DNA of 42,696 nucleotides from an uncultured bacterium (lineage in GTDB: Bacteria > Gemmatimonadota > Gemmatimonadetes > Longimicrobiales > RSA9). Of this stretch, positions 1-8,884 are shown piece after piece; the first letter of the stretch is position 1; every line of letters begins with the position of its first letter. The stretch spans positions 1-42,696 of the forward strand of contig CALKIP010000187.1 of the NCBI GenBank assembly GCA_937995995.1, given 5' to 3'. The translations under genes were made by a program, and so were the position numbers. The notes under the pieces are model-generated. The model was given only the letters and a program-made list of their open reading frames with translations. It did no database searches and had not been told where the DNA came from.

Positions 1-417
1 ATCAGCAGCAGCTACGCGGTGGCGGCGTGCATACCGGCGGCGAGGTCGGACCGGGGCGGGAAAATCGTCCGGCTCCTGACAGTCTCCGTGGGACTCGGGA
101 TCCTGTTCCTGGTGCTCAAGGGTGTGGAATACACGATCCACTTCCGTGACGGCATCTTCCCGGGCGTATACTACCGTTTCGCCGAGCTCACCACACCCGG
201 CGCCCCGACCTTCTTCACGCTCTACTACTTCATGACCGGGCTGCACGCGCTCCACGTGATCGGCGGAATCGGCCTCCTCTCCTGGCTCGGGTGGAAGGCG
301 CACCGCGGCGCGTGGAGCTCGACCTATCACACGCCGCTGGAATTGGGAGGGATGTACTGGCACTTCGTGGACGTCGTCTGGATCTTCCTCTGGCCGCTCT
401 TCTACCTGCTACGGTGA
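1..417 (+). CDS. ctaE: cytochrome c oxidase subunit III (aa3/caa3-type heme-copper oxidase), 5' end cut by window edge
   Basis: Frame 1 is open from base 1. The translation contains FFTLYYFMTGLHALHVIGG and GGMYWHFVDVVWIFLWPLFYLL, typical COX III C-terminal helices. A subunit IV-like gene follows 7 nt downstream. Confidence 0.9.
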   Translation: MSSSYAVAACIPAARSDRGGKIVRLLTVSVGLGILFLVLKGVEYTIHFRDGIFPGVYYRFAELTTPGAPTFFTLYYFMTGLHALHVIGGIGLLSWLGWKAHRGAWSSTYHTPLELGGMYWHFVDVVWIFLWPLFYLLR

Positions 418-424
418 GGCCGCC

Positions 425-730
425 ATGCTCGAGCGACGAATCACGGGACGTAGCTACCTGTTCACCTGGCTCGCACTCCTCGCGTTCTCGATCCTCACCC
501 TCGTGCTCTCTTTCGCGCCGCTGGGGCGCTTCCACGTGCCGGTGGCCATCATAATCGCGGGCATCAAGGGCACGTTGATCATCCTGGTCTTCATGCACCT
601 GGCCGAGCAGCAGAGCGTGAACCGCGTCGTCCTCCTTTTCTGGCTGCTTCTCCTCGGGATCCTGATCGCACTCACGGCAGGCGACGTCGCCACGCGCTAC
701 ATTACGCAACGGCCTCCCATCACGGGGTGA
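425..730 (+). CDS. ctaF: prokaryotic cytochrome c oxidase subunit IV family protein
   Basis: 101 aa with three hydrophobic helices. The motif IKGTLIILVFMHL matches the K-x-LV-x3-FMHL signature of bacterial COX IV. It lies directly after ctaE, with GGTGAGG upstream of the ATG. Confidence 0.8.
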   Translation: MLERRITGRSYLFTWLALLAFSILTLVLSFAPLGRFHVPVAIIIAGIKGTLIILVFMHLAEQQSVNRVVLLFWLLLLGILIALTAGDVATRYITQRPPITG

Positions 731-761
731 TGTGCAATGGCCAGGGGTATGAACGACGATC

Positions 762-787
762 GGGCCCGCTGCGAGTGCAGCGGGCCC
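762..787. terminator. GC-rich hairpin between convergent ctaF and the S8 protease gene (possible bidirectional terminator, no clear U-tract)
   Basis: gggcccgctgc-gagt-gcagcgggccc forms a perfect 11-bp stem with a 4-nt loop. No T-run follows on either strand. Confidence 0.35.
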
Positions 788-836
788 GAGTGCATCAGGA
801 GGCGTCAAGCCGGGAGCCGAGTATCAGCTCCCCTGA

Positions 837-2312
837 TCACTTCGTCGCGCCGACCGCCCTGGCAACGTTGATCCGGCCCTTGCCGTAGTACGGCGAGTTG
901 CCGCCGTGGCCAGGGATGCGGTCCGCCGAATTGCGGATGTAGGCTCGGACCTGTGCGACATTGCGGCCCACGTCCTCGACGGCGAGCGCCGCGAGACCGG
1001 CCACGTGGGGCGTGGCCTGGCTGGTGCCGGCAACGCCGAGGGTGTAGTAGCCGTCCTCGCAGAAGAAGGCCAGGCTGGTCTGCGGGCAGAGCGAGTACAC
1101 CCATTCTCCGCTGACACCACCGGGCGCGGCCACATCGATCGCCGAGCGGCCGTAGTTGGTGTAGTTCGCCGGTTCATCGTCGATACGCGTCGCGGACACG
1201 CAGATCACATGCGTCGCGTCGCAGAACGTGGCGAAGAAGGACGGGACGTGGATCCGTTCGACGATTTCGCCCGTTACCGGATCCCTGATCCCGATGTTCT
1301 TGTGCGTGTCCAGGTCGTTGCCGTCGTTCCCCGCGGCGACCACGATCGTGACGCCCTGCTGCTTCGCGTAGTTCATGATCGCGTTGTAGGCGGAAACCAT
1401 ACCCGGGTACGCCGACTTCGCGAACCACCCGCCGAGGCTCATGTTGATGACGTCCGCGCCGTTGTCGATGGCGTAGAGAATTCCCTCGATGACACCCGAG
1501 CAGCCACCGAGGAAGCTGCACACCTTGACCGACATGAGCGTGGTACGGGACGTCACGCCAGCGAACGCCCATGCGTTGCTCGCGACCTGCGTGGCCACGT
1601 TGGTGCCGTGGTAATGCAGGTCGGTGCTCGGGTGACGATCGGGGTAGAAGATCGCCCCGAAGAGGTCATCGAGTGGCTCGAAGGAGACCGAGCGGTCCAG
1701 GTCGACCCGGCCCTGTAGATCCGGGAGCATGTAGTCGATCCCGGTGTCCAGAATCGCGACGGTGACGTTCGGACTCCCCAGCCGGCCCGCCGCCCACGCG
1801 GCGTCCGCCTGGACGTGGCGCAGATTCCACTGCTCCTCGAAGAGGAGCGCTTGGCTAGGGTCGTCCGCGCTCGCCGGGGTGAAGGCCGCGGGCACCGTCG
1901 CACCTGCCAACCGGGCGCGGATCGGGCTGGCCACTGCCGCAGGCTCGATGAGCTGGAACTGCGGGGTCGCCTCGACGTACTGGGCCTTCACGCTCGTCTT
2001 GAGTGCGTCCGCGGCCTCACCATCGAGGTCCTCCACGAGGGCGATGCCGATCGGGTGGTTCATCACCACCCTGCCGCCCAGTTCCGCGACCTGGGTCTCG
2101 AAGTCGTTGGGGGCCTGGCCCTTGAAGACTACCAGGTGCCGAGTGGGCGCCTCGTAGCCGGCCAGGATGTCGTCGACCGTGGCGAAAGAGGGCCTGAGGA
2201 CGTTCGCGTCCTCTTCCGGTGCCACGGCCGTCGGCGCATCCGCACACGCGGCGATCACGACGGACACGGCAAGGAGTGGCAGGTACGGCAGGAACGGGGT
2301 GCGACGGCGCAT
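837..2312 (-). CDS. subtilisin-like serine protease (peptidase S8), predicted lipoprotein with an N-terminal propeptide region
   Basis: 491 aa. Catalytic triad contexts are AILDTGID (Asp), HYHGTNVATQ (His) and GTSQATPHVAGLAAL (Ser). The N-terminus MRRRTPFLPYLPLLAVSVVIAAC has a lipobox-like IAAC. AAAGGAG lies 5 nt upstream of the ATG. Confidence 0.9.
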   Translation of the reverse strand: MRRRTPFLPYLPLLAVSVVIAACADAPTAVAPEEDANVLRPSFATVDDILAGYEAPTRHLVVFKGQAPNDFETQVAELGGRVVMNHPIGIALVEDLDGEAADALKTSVKAQYVEATPQFQLIEPAAVASPIRARLAGATVPAAFTPASADDPSQALLFEEQWNLRHVQADAAWAAGRLGSPNVTVAILDTGIDYMLPDLQGRVDLDRSVSFEPLDDLFGAIFYPDRHPSTDLHYHGTNVATQVASNAWAFAGVTSRTTLMSVKVCSFLGGCSGVIEGILYAIDNGADVINMSLGGWFAKSAYPGMVSAYNAIMNYAKQQGVTIVVAAGNDGNDLDTHKNIGIRDPVTGEIVERIHVPSFFATFCDATHVICVSATRIDDEPANYTNYGRSAIDVAAPGGVSGEWVYSLCPQTSLAFFCEDGYYTLGVAGTSQATPHVAGLAALAVEDVGRNVAQVRAYIRNSADRIPGHGGNSPYYGKGRINVARAVGATK

Positions 2313-2452
2313 TGTGACTCCTTTGCGAAGGGGTGGAAAGGAGTGCCACTAGGGAGATAGTGGGCTGCTGCCGATCGGGAACTCGACCGCGCACCCATGG
2401 ATGGGTGGGTCAGATCGGAAATGCAAGGATGATCTTGGCCACTTCTGCGGGC

Positions 2453-2980
2453 TCACGTACCGGAGTCTTCGTCGCCGTTTTGGTCGTCGTCTTCTTCCGC
2501 GGCCTGTTCGGTGACTTTGAACGTGCTCATGATGTCCGGGATCGGCGAGCCTTTGTCGAGCCTGGCGGCCACGTCGAGGTAGACTTGGTACGTCGCTTCC
2601 TCGAAGGGGGTGTCGTCGTCGTGTACGGTAGCGATGGACCAGTGTTGGGCGAGCGTATCACCCGGCTCGAGGGTCAGCGGAGAGGAGAGCGTCCAGCACG
2701 CTGGAGGATCCGACTGGAACGTCTGCTCCTCCTCATCGCGAAAGAGGGAGATCGTGGCAAAGCACTCGGCCTCGGTCACGAGTGTGGCGGCAAAGTGGCC
2801 TTGGTTGACCACCCGTGCCTCGGCTCGAAGCGTGTCGCCCGGCGCCACGGAATCCGGAGCCAGGTCCAGGTGCGCCGTAAGCCGTGTGACCTCGGGCACG
2901 CCGGTCGATTCGATGATGTTGCAGCCGAGCACGCCGACGACGAGTGGCCCGGCGAACCATACGATGAAGCGGCGGAGCAT
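2453..2980 (-). CDS. hypothetical lipoprotein with a beta-rich (Ig-like) core and an acidic C-terminal tail
   Basis: 175 aa. The N-terminus MLRRFIVWFAGPLVVGVLGC carries a signal peptide and lipobox. The core has alternating beta-type patterns (RAEARVVNQGHFAATLV, TLEPGDTLAQHW). The tail is EQAAEEDDDQNGDEDSGT. It is co-directional with, and 140 nt upstream of, the S8 protease. Confidence 0.6.
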   Translation of the reverse strand: MLRRFIVWFAGPLVVGVLGCNIIESTGVPEVTRLTAHLDLAPDSVAPGDTLRAEARVVNQGHFAATLVTEAECFATISLFRDEEEQTFQSDPPACWTLSSPLTLEPGDTLAQHWSIATVHDDDTPFEEATYQVYLDVAARLDKGSPIPDIMSTFKVTEQAAEEDDDQNGDEDSGT

Positions 2981-3324
2981 GCGTTCACCCCGAAGAAGGT
3001 TCCGACGGATTCGAAGGGACCTTGTAAACGTGTTGGGCGTGGAAGTTCGGACGGTTCCGGCCGGCCGGCAAGGGCGGGCGGAGTTGACGCTGGGCGATCG
3101 GCGCCCGATTATACGCCGCCCGGAGACGCTCCAGACGGCTCGATCGTCGCCACTCGCCCGTATCGGGCACCTTTGCCCGAGGTGGGGTATAAAGTCCAGT
3201 TCGTTGCTGCCGACGGAACGGTCCGCTTGTTGACATCAGTACGTCGCTGCGCGAATTTATCGTGCTCGGGTCCCGCAGCGGGCCCGCTTCTTGATTATCC
3301 GACAACGACTTGGAGAGACGCTCG

Positions 3325-4911
3325 ATGTTCGGCACCTTGAAAGGCCGAATCCTCGTGATTCTCGCGGTCCTGGCCACCGCCGGCTGGTACGTGTATTCGA
3401 ACGGCCTCAAACTGGGCCTGGACCTCCAGGGCGGGATGCACCTGGCTCTCGAGGTCGCCGACCCCGAGGGCACGCTCACGCCCGAGGCACGCGCCGATGC
3501 GACGGATCGTGCGCTGCGGATCATTCGTACGCGCATCGACGAGTTCGGTGTTGAGGAGCCGTTGATCCAGAAGGTCGGCAACGACCGGATCATCGTCGAA
3601 CTCGCCGGAATCCAGGACGAGGAGCGGGCCAAGGACATCGTCCAGCAGACGGCCTACCTCGAATTCCGGCTCGTGACCGGCGCCTCGCGGATCATCGAGG
3701 CACTGCCGCGGATCGATCGAGCGATTGTACAGGCACTGGGCGAGGAAGCGCTGTCCGAACGGGCGACGCAGGACCGTCCGCGCCAGGCCGTCGAGGAACT
3801 GCTCTTCGGCGGTAGCGACACGGCCGGGACGGAGGAGGGATCTGACGCCGCTGAGTCGGATCCGGCCAATGCCCGGCCGCTTACCGCGCTCCTGCTCGAT
3901 GGTGGTGGCGGTGACTTCCTGGTCGCCGAAGCGGATGTGCCGACGGTCGAGCGCTACCTGGCCCTTCCGGATGTTCAGCGCGTGCTCCCGCGCGGTGTCG
4001 AACTCCGCTGGCACTACGAGCCCGAGGCTCAGGGTGCGCAGCTCTACCGCCGGCTCTATGCGCTCTCGAACAGTGCGTTCATGACGGGCGAGGCGCTGGA
4101 GACGGCGGCTGCGGGACGGGATCCGCAGTTCAACCAGACGATCGTCTCTTTCGAGTTGAACCGGGCCGGTGGTCGCACTTTCGGCAGGGTGACCGGCGAG
4201 CACATCGGTGAGCGGATCGCGATCATCCTGGAGGTCTACAGCGCTCCGGTGGTGCAAAGCCAGATTCGCGACCGCGGCCAGATCCAGATGGGCCAGGCCT
4301 CACTCGAAGAGGCGAACGACCTCGCGCTCGTGCTGCGGGCGGGTGCGCTGCCCGCGCCACTCGAGATCATCGAGGAGCGTGTGGTCGGGCCGTCGCTCGG
4401 TGCCGATTCGGTTGCGAAGGGGCAGATCGCCGGCATCGTCGGCGTGCTCCTGGTCGTGGCGATCATGATCGGCTACTACCGCCTGTCCGGGGCCCTCGCC
4501 ATCCTCGCGCTCGGCGTCTTCACGATGATCGTGCTCGGTGGGCTGGCAGCGCTCAACGCCACGCTGACCGCACCGGGGATCGCTGGCCTGATCCTTACAC
4601 TCGGGATGGCGGTGGACGCGAACGTCCTGATCTTCGAGCGGATCCGAGAGGAACTCGCCGCCGGTCGCACCGTTCGCACGGCAGTCGACGAGGGGTTCAG
4701 CAACGCGATGTCGGCGATCGTGGACTCGAACATCACGACGCTCCTGACCGCGCTGATCCTGTTCCAGTTCGGGACGGGGCCCGTGCGCGGATTCGCGGTG
4801 ACGCTCTCGATCGGTATCGTCGCCTCGTTCTTCTCGGCGGTTTACGTGACGCGCACGTTCTTCCTGCTCTACCTGAACAGGAAGCGTGCCCTGGAAGTCC
4901 TCAGCATCTGA
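3325..4911 (+). CDS. secD: protein translocase subunit SecD
   Basis: LGLDLQGGMHL near the N-terminus and a C-terminal 6-TM region (IAGIVGVLLVVAIMIGYY, DANVLIFERIREE). The ATG at 3325 has GGAGAG 7 nt upstream. The ORF-track start at 3310 is a TTG and remains an alternative. Confidence 0.92.
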   Translation: MFGTLKGRILVILAVLATAGWYVYSNGLKLGLDLQGGMHLALEVADPEGTLTPEARADATDRALRIIRTRIDEFGVEEPLIQKVGNDRIIVELAGIQDEERAKDIVQQTAYLEFRLVTGASRIIEALPRIDRAIVQALGEEALSERATQDRPRQAVEELLFGGSDTAGTEEGSDAAESDPANARPLTALLLDGGGGDFLVAEADVPTVERYLALPDVQRVLPRGVELRWHYEPEAQGAQLYRRLYALSNSAFMTGEALETAAAGRDPQFNQTIVSFELNRAGGRTFGRVTGEHIGERIAIILEVYSAPVVQSQIRDRGQIQMGQASLEEANDLALVLRAGALPAPLEIIEERVVGPSLGADSVAKGQIAGIVGVLLVVAIMIGYYRLSGALAILALGVFTMIVLGGLAALNATLTAPGIAGLILTLGMAVDANVLIFERIREELAAGRTVRTAVDEGFSNAMSAIVDSNITTLLTALILFQFGTGPVRGFAVTLSIGIVASFFSAVYVTRTFFLLYLNRKRALEVLSI

Positions 4912-4929
4912 CGCGGAGCCAGAATCGGC

Positions 4930-5892
4930 ATGCGACTATTCGCGAACGCCAACTACGACTTCATCAGCCGGCGGCGCCTCGGTTTTTCGATCAGTGGTGC
5001 CTTCCTGATCATCGCGCTCGTGGCCGCACTGATCGGGCAGTTCACCCAGGGGTCCTGGCTGAACTACGGCGTCGATTTCACCGGCGGAACGATCGTCCAG
5101 GTGGAGTTCGAGCAGCCCACGACGGTGGCCGATCTGCGTAGCATCGTCGAGCCGGTCGCGGCGGGCTCGGAGATCACGCGCTTCGGCGGGGAGAACGAGT
5201 TCCTGATCCGTGCGCCGGGCTTCTCGGAGGACGGCGTCAACGTCGGCGAACAGATCACGGCCGCCTTCGAGGCGGAGTACGGCGCGGACCAGTTCAACGT
5301 GGTGCGAATCGAGGCCGTCGGTCCGAAGATCGGTAGTGAGCTGCAGACCAAGGCCGCGCTCGCGATCCTGATCTCGTTCGCGATCACGCTGATCTACCTC
5401 GCCTTCCGATTCGAGTGGTATTACGGCGTGGCGGCCGTGGTGGCGGTCATGCACGACGTCGCGTTCACGCTCGGCCTGCTCACGCTTTTCCGGCTCGAAG
5501 TCTCGCTGACCACGGTGGCCGCGGTGCTGACGATCGTGGGGTACTCGCTGAACGACACCATCGTCATCTTCGACCGGGCACGCGAGAACCTGAAGAAGAT
5601 CGGGCGACGCGCCGAAATGGGCGAGGTGCTGAACCGCTCGATCAATGAGACGCTGCCGCGTACGGTGCTGACGAGCGGCACCACGCTGGCCACGCTCTTC
5701 GCGCTCTTCGTGCTGGGGGGTGAGACGATCCGCGAGTTCGCGCTGATCCTCCTCTTCGGCGTGCTGGTCGGGACGTACTCCTCGATCTTCATCGCCTCGC
5801 CCGCAATGCTCGAGATCGCGAAGCGCTCGAAGTCGAAGGCGGCAGCGAAGTCGAAGGGCCGTCCGGCGGCGCGTGCGGGTGCCGTAGTCTGA
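4930..5892 (+). CDS. secF: protein translocase subunit SecF
   Basis: 320 aa with YDFISRRR, LNYGVDFTGGT and GYSLNDTIVIFDRARE motifs. It follows secD directly. Confidence 0.92.
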   Translation: MRLFANANYDFISRRRLGFSISGAFLIIALVAALIGQFTQGSWLNYGVDFTGGTIVQVEFEQPTTVADLRSIVEPVAAGSEITRFGGENEFLIRAPGFSEDGVNVGEQITAAFEAEYGADQFNVVRIEAVGPKIGSELQTKAALAILISFAITLIYLAFRFEWYYGVAAVVAVMHDVAFTLGLLTLFRLEVSLTTVAAVLTIVGYSLNDTIVIFDRARENLKKIGRRAEMGEVLNRSINETLPRTVLTSGTTLATLFALFVLGGETIREFALILLFGVLVGTYSSIFIASPAMLEIAKRSKSKAAAKSKGRPAARAGAVV

Positions 5893-6138
5893 GGCGGCGC
5901 GCGCACGGAGTCTGATCGGCGCAGGCCGGGGTGATTCGAACGCCGGCGGAGTCGGGGGGTGAAGACCACGACTGCACAATGCGCGGATCTCGGGAACACT
6001 TCGTGGCCATTCGGGCAACGCGTCCTGAAACGAGAACTGGGGCCAGGGACCTGAGGACATTGGGCTCCCTGGCCCTCGTCGTGTCCTGGCGCCACGGGAC
6101 TTCTCGAGCCTCCCGATACGGATAACCACTGCACCACC

Positions 6139-6909
6139 ATGCTATTCGACTCCCATTGTCATCTGACCGACGAGCGCCTGATCGAGGACGCTGACGAAGT
6201 CGTTGCCCGAGCCCACGAAGGCGGGGTCACGCGCATGGTGACGATCGGCGCCGAGCCCGAGGGTTGGGACGACGTCGTGGCGTTGGCGGCCCGGTTGGCC
6301 GGCGTATGGGCGGCCATCGGCGTGCACCCGCATGTGGCCGATCTCACGGACGATGCGGTTCTCGAGCGGGCGGAGGAGTTGGCCGCACGCGAAGAGGTGG
6401 TCGCAATCGGCGAGACGGGGCTCGATTACTACTACGAAAACGCCCCGCGCGACGCGCAGCGGCGTTCGTTCCTGCGTCACATCGAGTTGGCCGGACGACT
6501 GGGCTTGCCCGTCATCGTGCATTCGCGCTCGGCCGATGCGGATACGGCCGCCGTGCTCAGGGACGTGGGCCGCTCGGTCCGGGGCGTGCTCCACTGCTTC
6601 GACGGCGGGCGCGACCTGCTGGATGCCGGACTCGATGCCGGGTGGTACATCTCCTTCTCTGGGCTCGTGACCTTCAAGAACTACGAAGGCGCGGAACTGG
6701 TTCGTGCGGTACCGGCCGACCGGCTGCTGATCGAGACCGACAGCCCCTATCTGGCGCCGGTCCCGAAGCGGGGACGCCGGAATGAGCCCGCACTCGTGCG
6801 GCACGTGGCCGAGGGGGTTGCCCGCCTCAGGGGCGAGTCGTTCGAAGAAATCGCGGCCGTCACGGCCAGTAACGCCTCCTGCTTCTACGACTTGCCGGCC
6901 CCCACCTGA
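6139..6909 (+). CDS. TatD-family metal-dependent hydrolase (DNase)
   Basis: MLFDSHCHL start, GETGLDYYY, VIVHSR and ETDSPYLAPVPKRGRRNEP, which are the classic TatD/YchF-like motifs. Confidence 0.88.
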   Translation: MLFDSHCHLTDERLIEDADEVVARAHEGGVTRMVTIGAEPEGWDDVVALAARLAGVWAAIGVHPHVADLTDDAVLERAEELAAREEVVAIGETGLDYYYENAPRDAQRRSFLRHIELAGRLGLPVIVHSRSADADTAAVLRDVGRSVRGVLHCFDGGRDLLDAGLDAGWYISFSGLVTFKNYEGAELVRAVPADRLLIETDSPYLAPVPKRGRRNEPALVRHVAEGVARLRGESFEEIAAVTASNASCFYDLPAPT

Positions 6910-6910
6910 G

Positions 6911-6935
6911 CCCCGTCGCAACGGGGTGCTTTTCT
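6911..6935 (+). terminator. candidate intrinsic terminator after tatD
   Basis: ccccgt-cgca-acgggg (6-bp stem) followed by tgcttttctcc, beginning 2 nt after the tatD stop codon. Confidence 0.45.
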
Positions 6936-7009
6936 CCCCGCGGGTCCTTATCTTTCCGGCTTGCTGTACGGGCGCCGGAGGCGCCGGGACAACGGGCCGA
7001 GCGAAGCAC

Positions 7010-8884
7010 ATGCCACGTCGTATCCAGATACTTCCGGACAACCTGGCCAATCAGATCGCCGCGGGGGAGGTCGTCGAGCGCCCCGCCTCGGTGGTCAAGG
7101 AGCTTGTCGAAAATGCGCTGGACGCTGCCGCGACCCGCGTGGATGTGGCCGTCCAGAACGGTGGCAAGACCGAGATCCGCGTGGCCGACGACGGCTGCGG
7201 GATGAGCCGCGAGGACGCGCTCCTGGCACTCGATCGCCACGCCACCAGCAAGATCGCCAGCCAGCGGGATCTGCAGCAGGTCCAGACCTTCGGCTTTCGG
7301 GGGGAAGCGCTGCCCTCGATCGCGTCGGTATCACGACTGGTCGTCGAGACGGCAGAGCCTGGCGGCGTCGGCACGCGCGTGCGGGTAGCGGGCGGCAGGA
7401 TTCACGGGATCGAAGAGTGCGCGCGGCAGGGCGGCACGACCGTCGTCGCCCGCAACCTCTTCTTCAACGTGCCGGCGCGGGCCAAGTTCTTGCGCAGCGC
7501 CGCCGCCGAGACGCGGGCGGTGGCGGACGCACTCACCACCCTCGCCCTGGCCAACCTGTCTGCCGCGTTCCGGTTGGAATCCAACGGTCGTGTCCTCCTC
7601 GAACTGCCGCCAGCGCCCGATCTGGTCTCGCGCGTGGCCGCGATCTGGGACGACGAGACTGCCGGGCGGCTGATCCCCGTCGCCTACGAATCCGAAGGGA
7701 TCTCGATCGCGGGGCTGGTGGAGCGCCCGGACGCTGCGCAGACCGGGCCACGGCGCGTCCACCTCTTCGTGGGTGGCCGGCCGTTCCGGGATCGCGACCT
7801 CGTGCGAGCCGCCGAGCGCGCCTATCGGACCACAGTGCCATATGGTGTGAAGCCGTCGCTCTTTCTCTATCTCGACCTTCCCGGCGGCGGCGTGGACGTC
7901 AATGTGCACCCGACCAAGGCGGAGGTGCGGTTCCGGGACCGCAACGGCGTAGGGGATGCCGTGGAGCGCGCCATCCGCGAGGCGCTGAGCTCACTCGAGA
8001 GTTCGGCCACGCTGGACCACACACCCACGATGCCCCAGCTTCGGCGGCCAGTCCGCCCCCCGGAGCCGGAGAAGGAGAGCGAGGCAGGGCAGTTCGCCTT
8101 CTTCGTCTCGGCGGACCCGGGTGAGGAGCGGTCCGCTGGAGGCGTGGATTCAGGCGATCGCAGTGCAAAGGGGGACGGCGCCGAAGGTGTCGGGTCCGAA
8201 GGCCGTGGGGCGGCCGCGGTCTCGACTGGGCGTGCTTTTCCGAGCGGCGCTGAAGGAACGCAGTCGCTGGCGACGTCACCGGGCTCGATCCCTGCGAGCG
8301 ATGGCCACCGACCGGTGCTCTGGCAGATCCACGAGACCTACATCCTCGCCGAGACCCGGAGCGGCCTGCTGATCATCGACCAGCACTCGGCCCACGAGCG
8401 TATCCTCTTCGAGGAACTGATGCAAAAGTTCTCGAACGGTGGCCAGACGAGCCAGCGGCTCCTTTTCCCGCTCACGCTCCGCCTATCGCCTGCGGAGTAC
8501 GCGGTGGTGGAGGACAACGGCTCGCTCTTCGATGCGGCCGGCTTCGAGGTCGAGCCGTTCGGCGGTAGGACGGTGATCGTGCATGCGGCACCGGCGCCGC
8601 ACCCCTACTTCGATGCCGAGCGGTGCCTTCGCGAGATGATCGCAGAGCTCGCCGAGGGGAGCGAGCTGACGCGTGCGGCCCGCAATCAGCACGAACGGAT
8701 CGCCATGACCTTCGCGTGCAAGGGCGCGATCAAAGCGGGGCAGCGTCTGTCGCAAGCGGAGATGGCCGAGCTCTTCGACCGACTCTTCGCGACCGAGTTG
8801 CCGTCGCACGACGTGCATGGCCGGCCGACCGTGGTGCGCCTCTCGCTCCAGGAGCTGGAGCGCCGCTTCGGACGCCATGGATAG
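7010..8884 (+). CDS. mutL: DNA mismatch repair protein MutL (endonuclease-type C-terminal domain)
   Basis: The ATG at 7010 gives MPRRIQILPDNLANQIAAGEVVERPASVVKELVENALDA, a canonical MutL N-terminus (GHKL ATPase). The C-terminal domain has DQHSAHERILFEE, FACKGAIKAG and VHGRPT. The ORF-track start at 6782 adds a non-homologous, Arg/Pro-rich 76 aa. Confidence 0.93.
   Translation: MPRRIQILPDNLANQIAAGEVVERPASVVKELVENALDAAATRVDVAVQNGGKTEIRVADDGCGMSREDALLALDRHATSKIASQRDLQQVQTFGFRGEALPSIASVSRLVVETAEPGGVGTRVRVAGGRIHGIEECARQGGTTVVARNLFFNVPARAKFLRSAAAETRAVADALTTLALANLSAAFRLESNGRVLLELPPAPDLVSRVAAIWDDETAGRLIPVAYESEGISIAGLVERPDAAQTGPRRVHLFVGGRPFRDRDLVRAAERAYRTTVPYGVKPSLFLYLDLPGGGVDVNVHPTKAEVRFRDRNGVGDAVERAIREALSSLESSATLDHTPTMPQLRRPVRPPEPEKESEAGQFAFFVSADPGEERSAGGVDSGDRSAKGDGAEGVGSEGRGAAAVSTGRAFPSGAEGTQSLATSPGSIPASDGHRPVLWQIHETYILAETRSGLLIIDQHSAHERILFEELMQKFSNGGQTSQRLLFPLTLRLSPAEYAVVEDNGSLFDAAGFEVEPFGGRTVIVHAAPAPHPYFDAERCLREMIAELAEGSELTRAARNQHERIAMTFACKGAIKAGQRLSQAEMAELFDRLFATELPSHDVHGRPTVVRLSLQELERRFGRHG

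Noticed and set aside
2418-2432. Recurring CTTGCAT(TTC) motif in three spacers (about 2420 on the minus strand, 18800 and 38439)
   Set aside because: Only the 18801 copy is followed by a credible -10 element at proper spacing. The other two lack one, so I cannot support a shared regulatory motif from three short matches.
2333-3638. Long ORFs 2333-3340 (+) and 2985-3638 (-) spanning the lipoprotein gene, the spacer and the secD start
   Set aside because: They overlap better-supported genes, have Arg/Ser/Pro-rich composition, and show no signal, TM or motif content. The spacer is treated as non-coding.
5925-5950. TTCGAAT motif resembling a tRNA T-loop (minus strand) in the secF-tatD spacer
   Set aside because: The flanking bases do not form a T-stem (cggcg versus caccc). 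No acceptor or anticodon arms can be drawn, so this is not a tRNA.
4936-6129. 397-aa minus-strand ORF antisense to secF and the downstream spacer
   Set aside because: It lies antisense to secF. The sequence is highly charged (Arg/Asp/Glu) and low-complexity, consistent with a GC-driven open frame.
6782-7009. 76-codon N-terminal extension of the mutL ORF overlapping the tatD 3' end
   Set aside because: The MutL homology starts exactly at the ATG at 7010 (MPRRIQILPDNLANQIAAGEVV). The extension is Pro/Arg/Ser-rich and would read through the tatD terminator-like hairpin.
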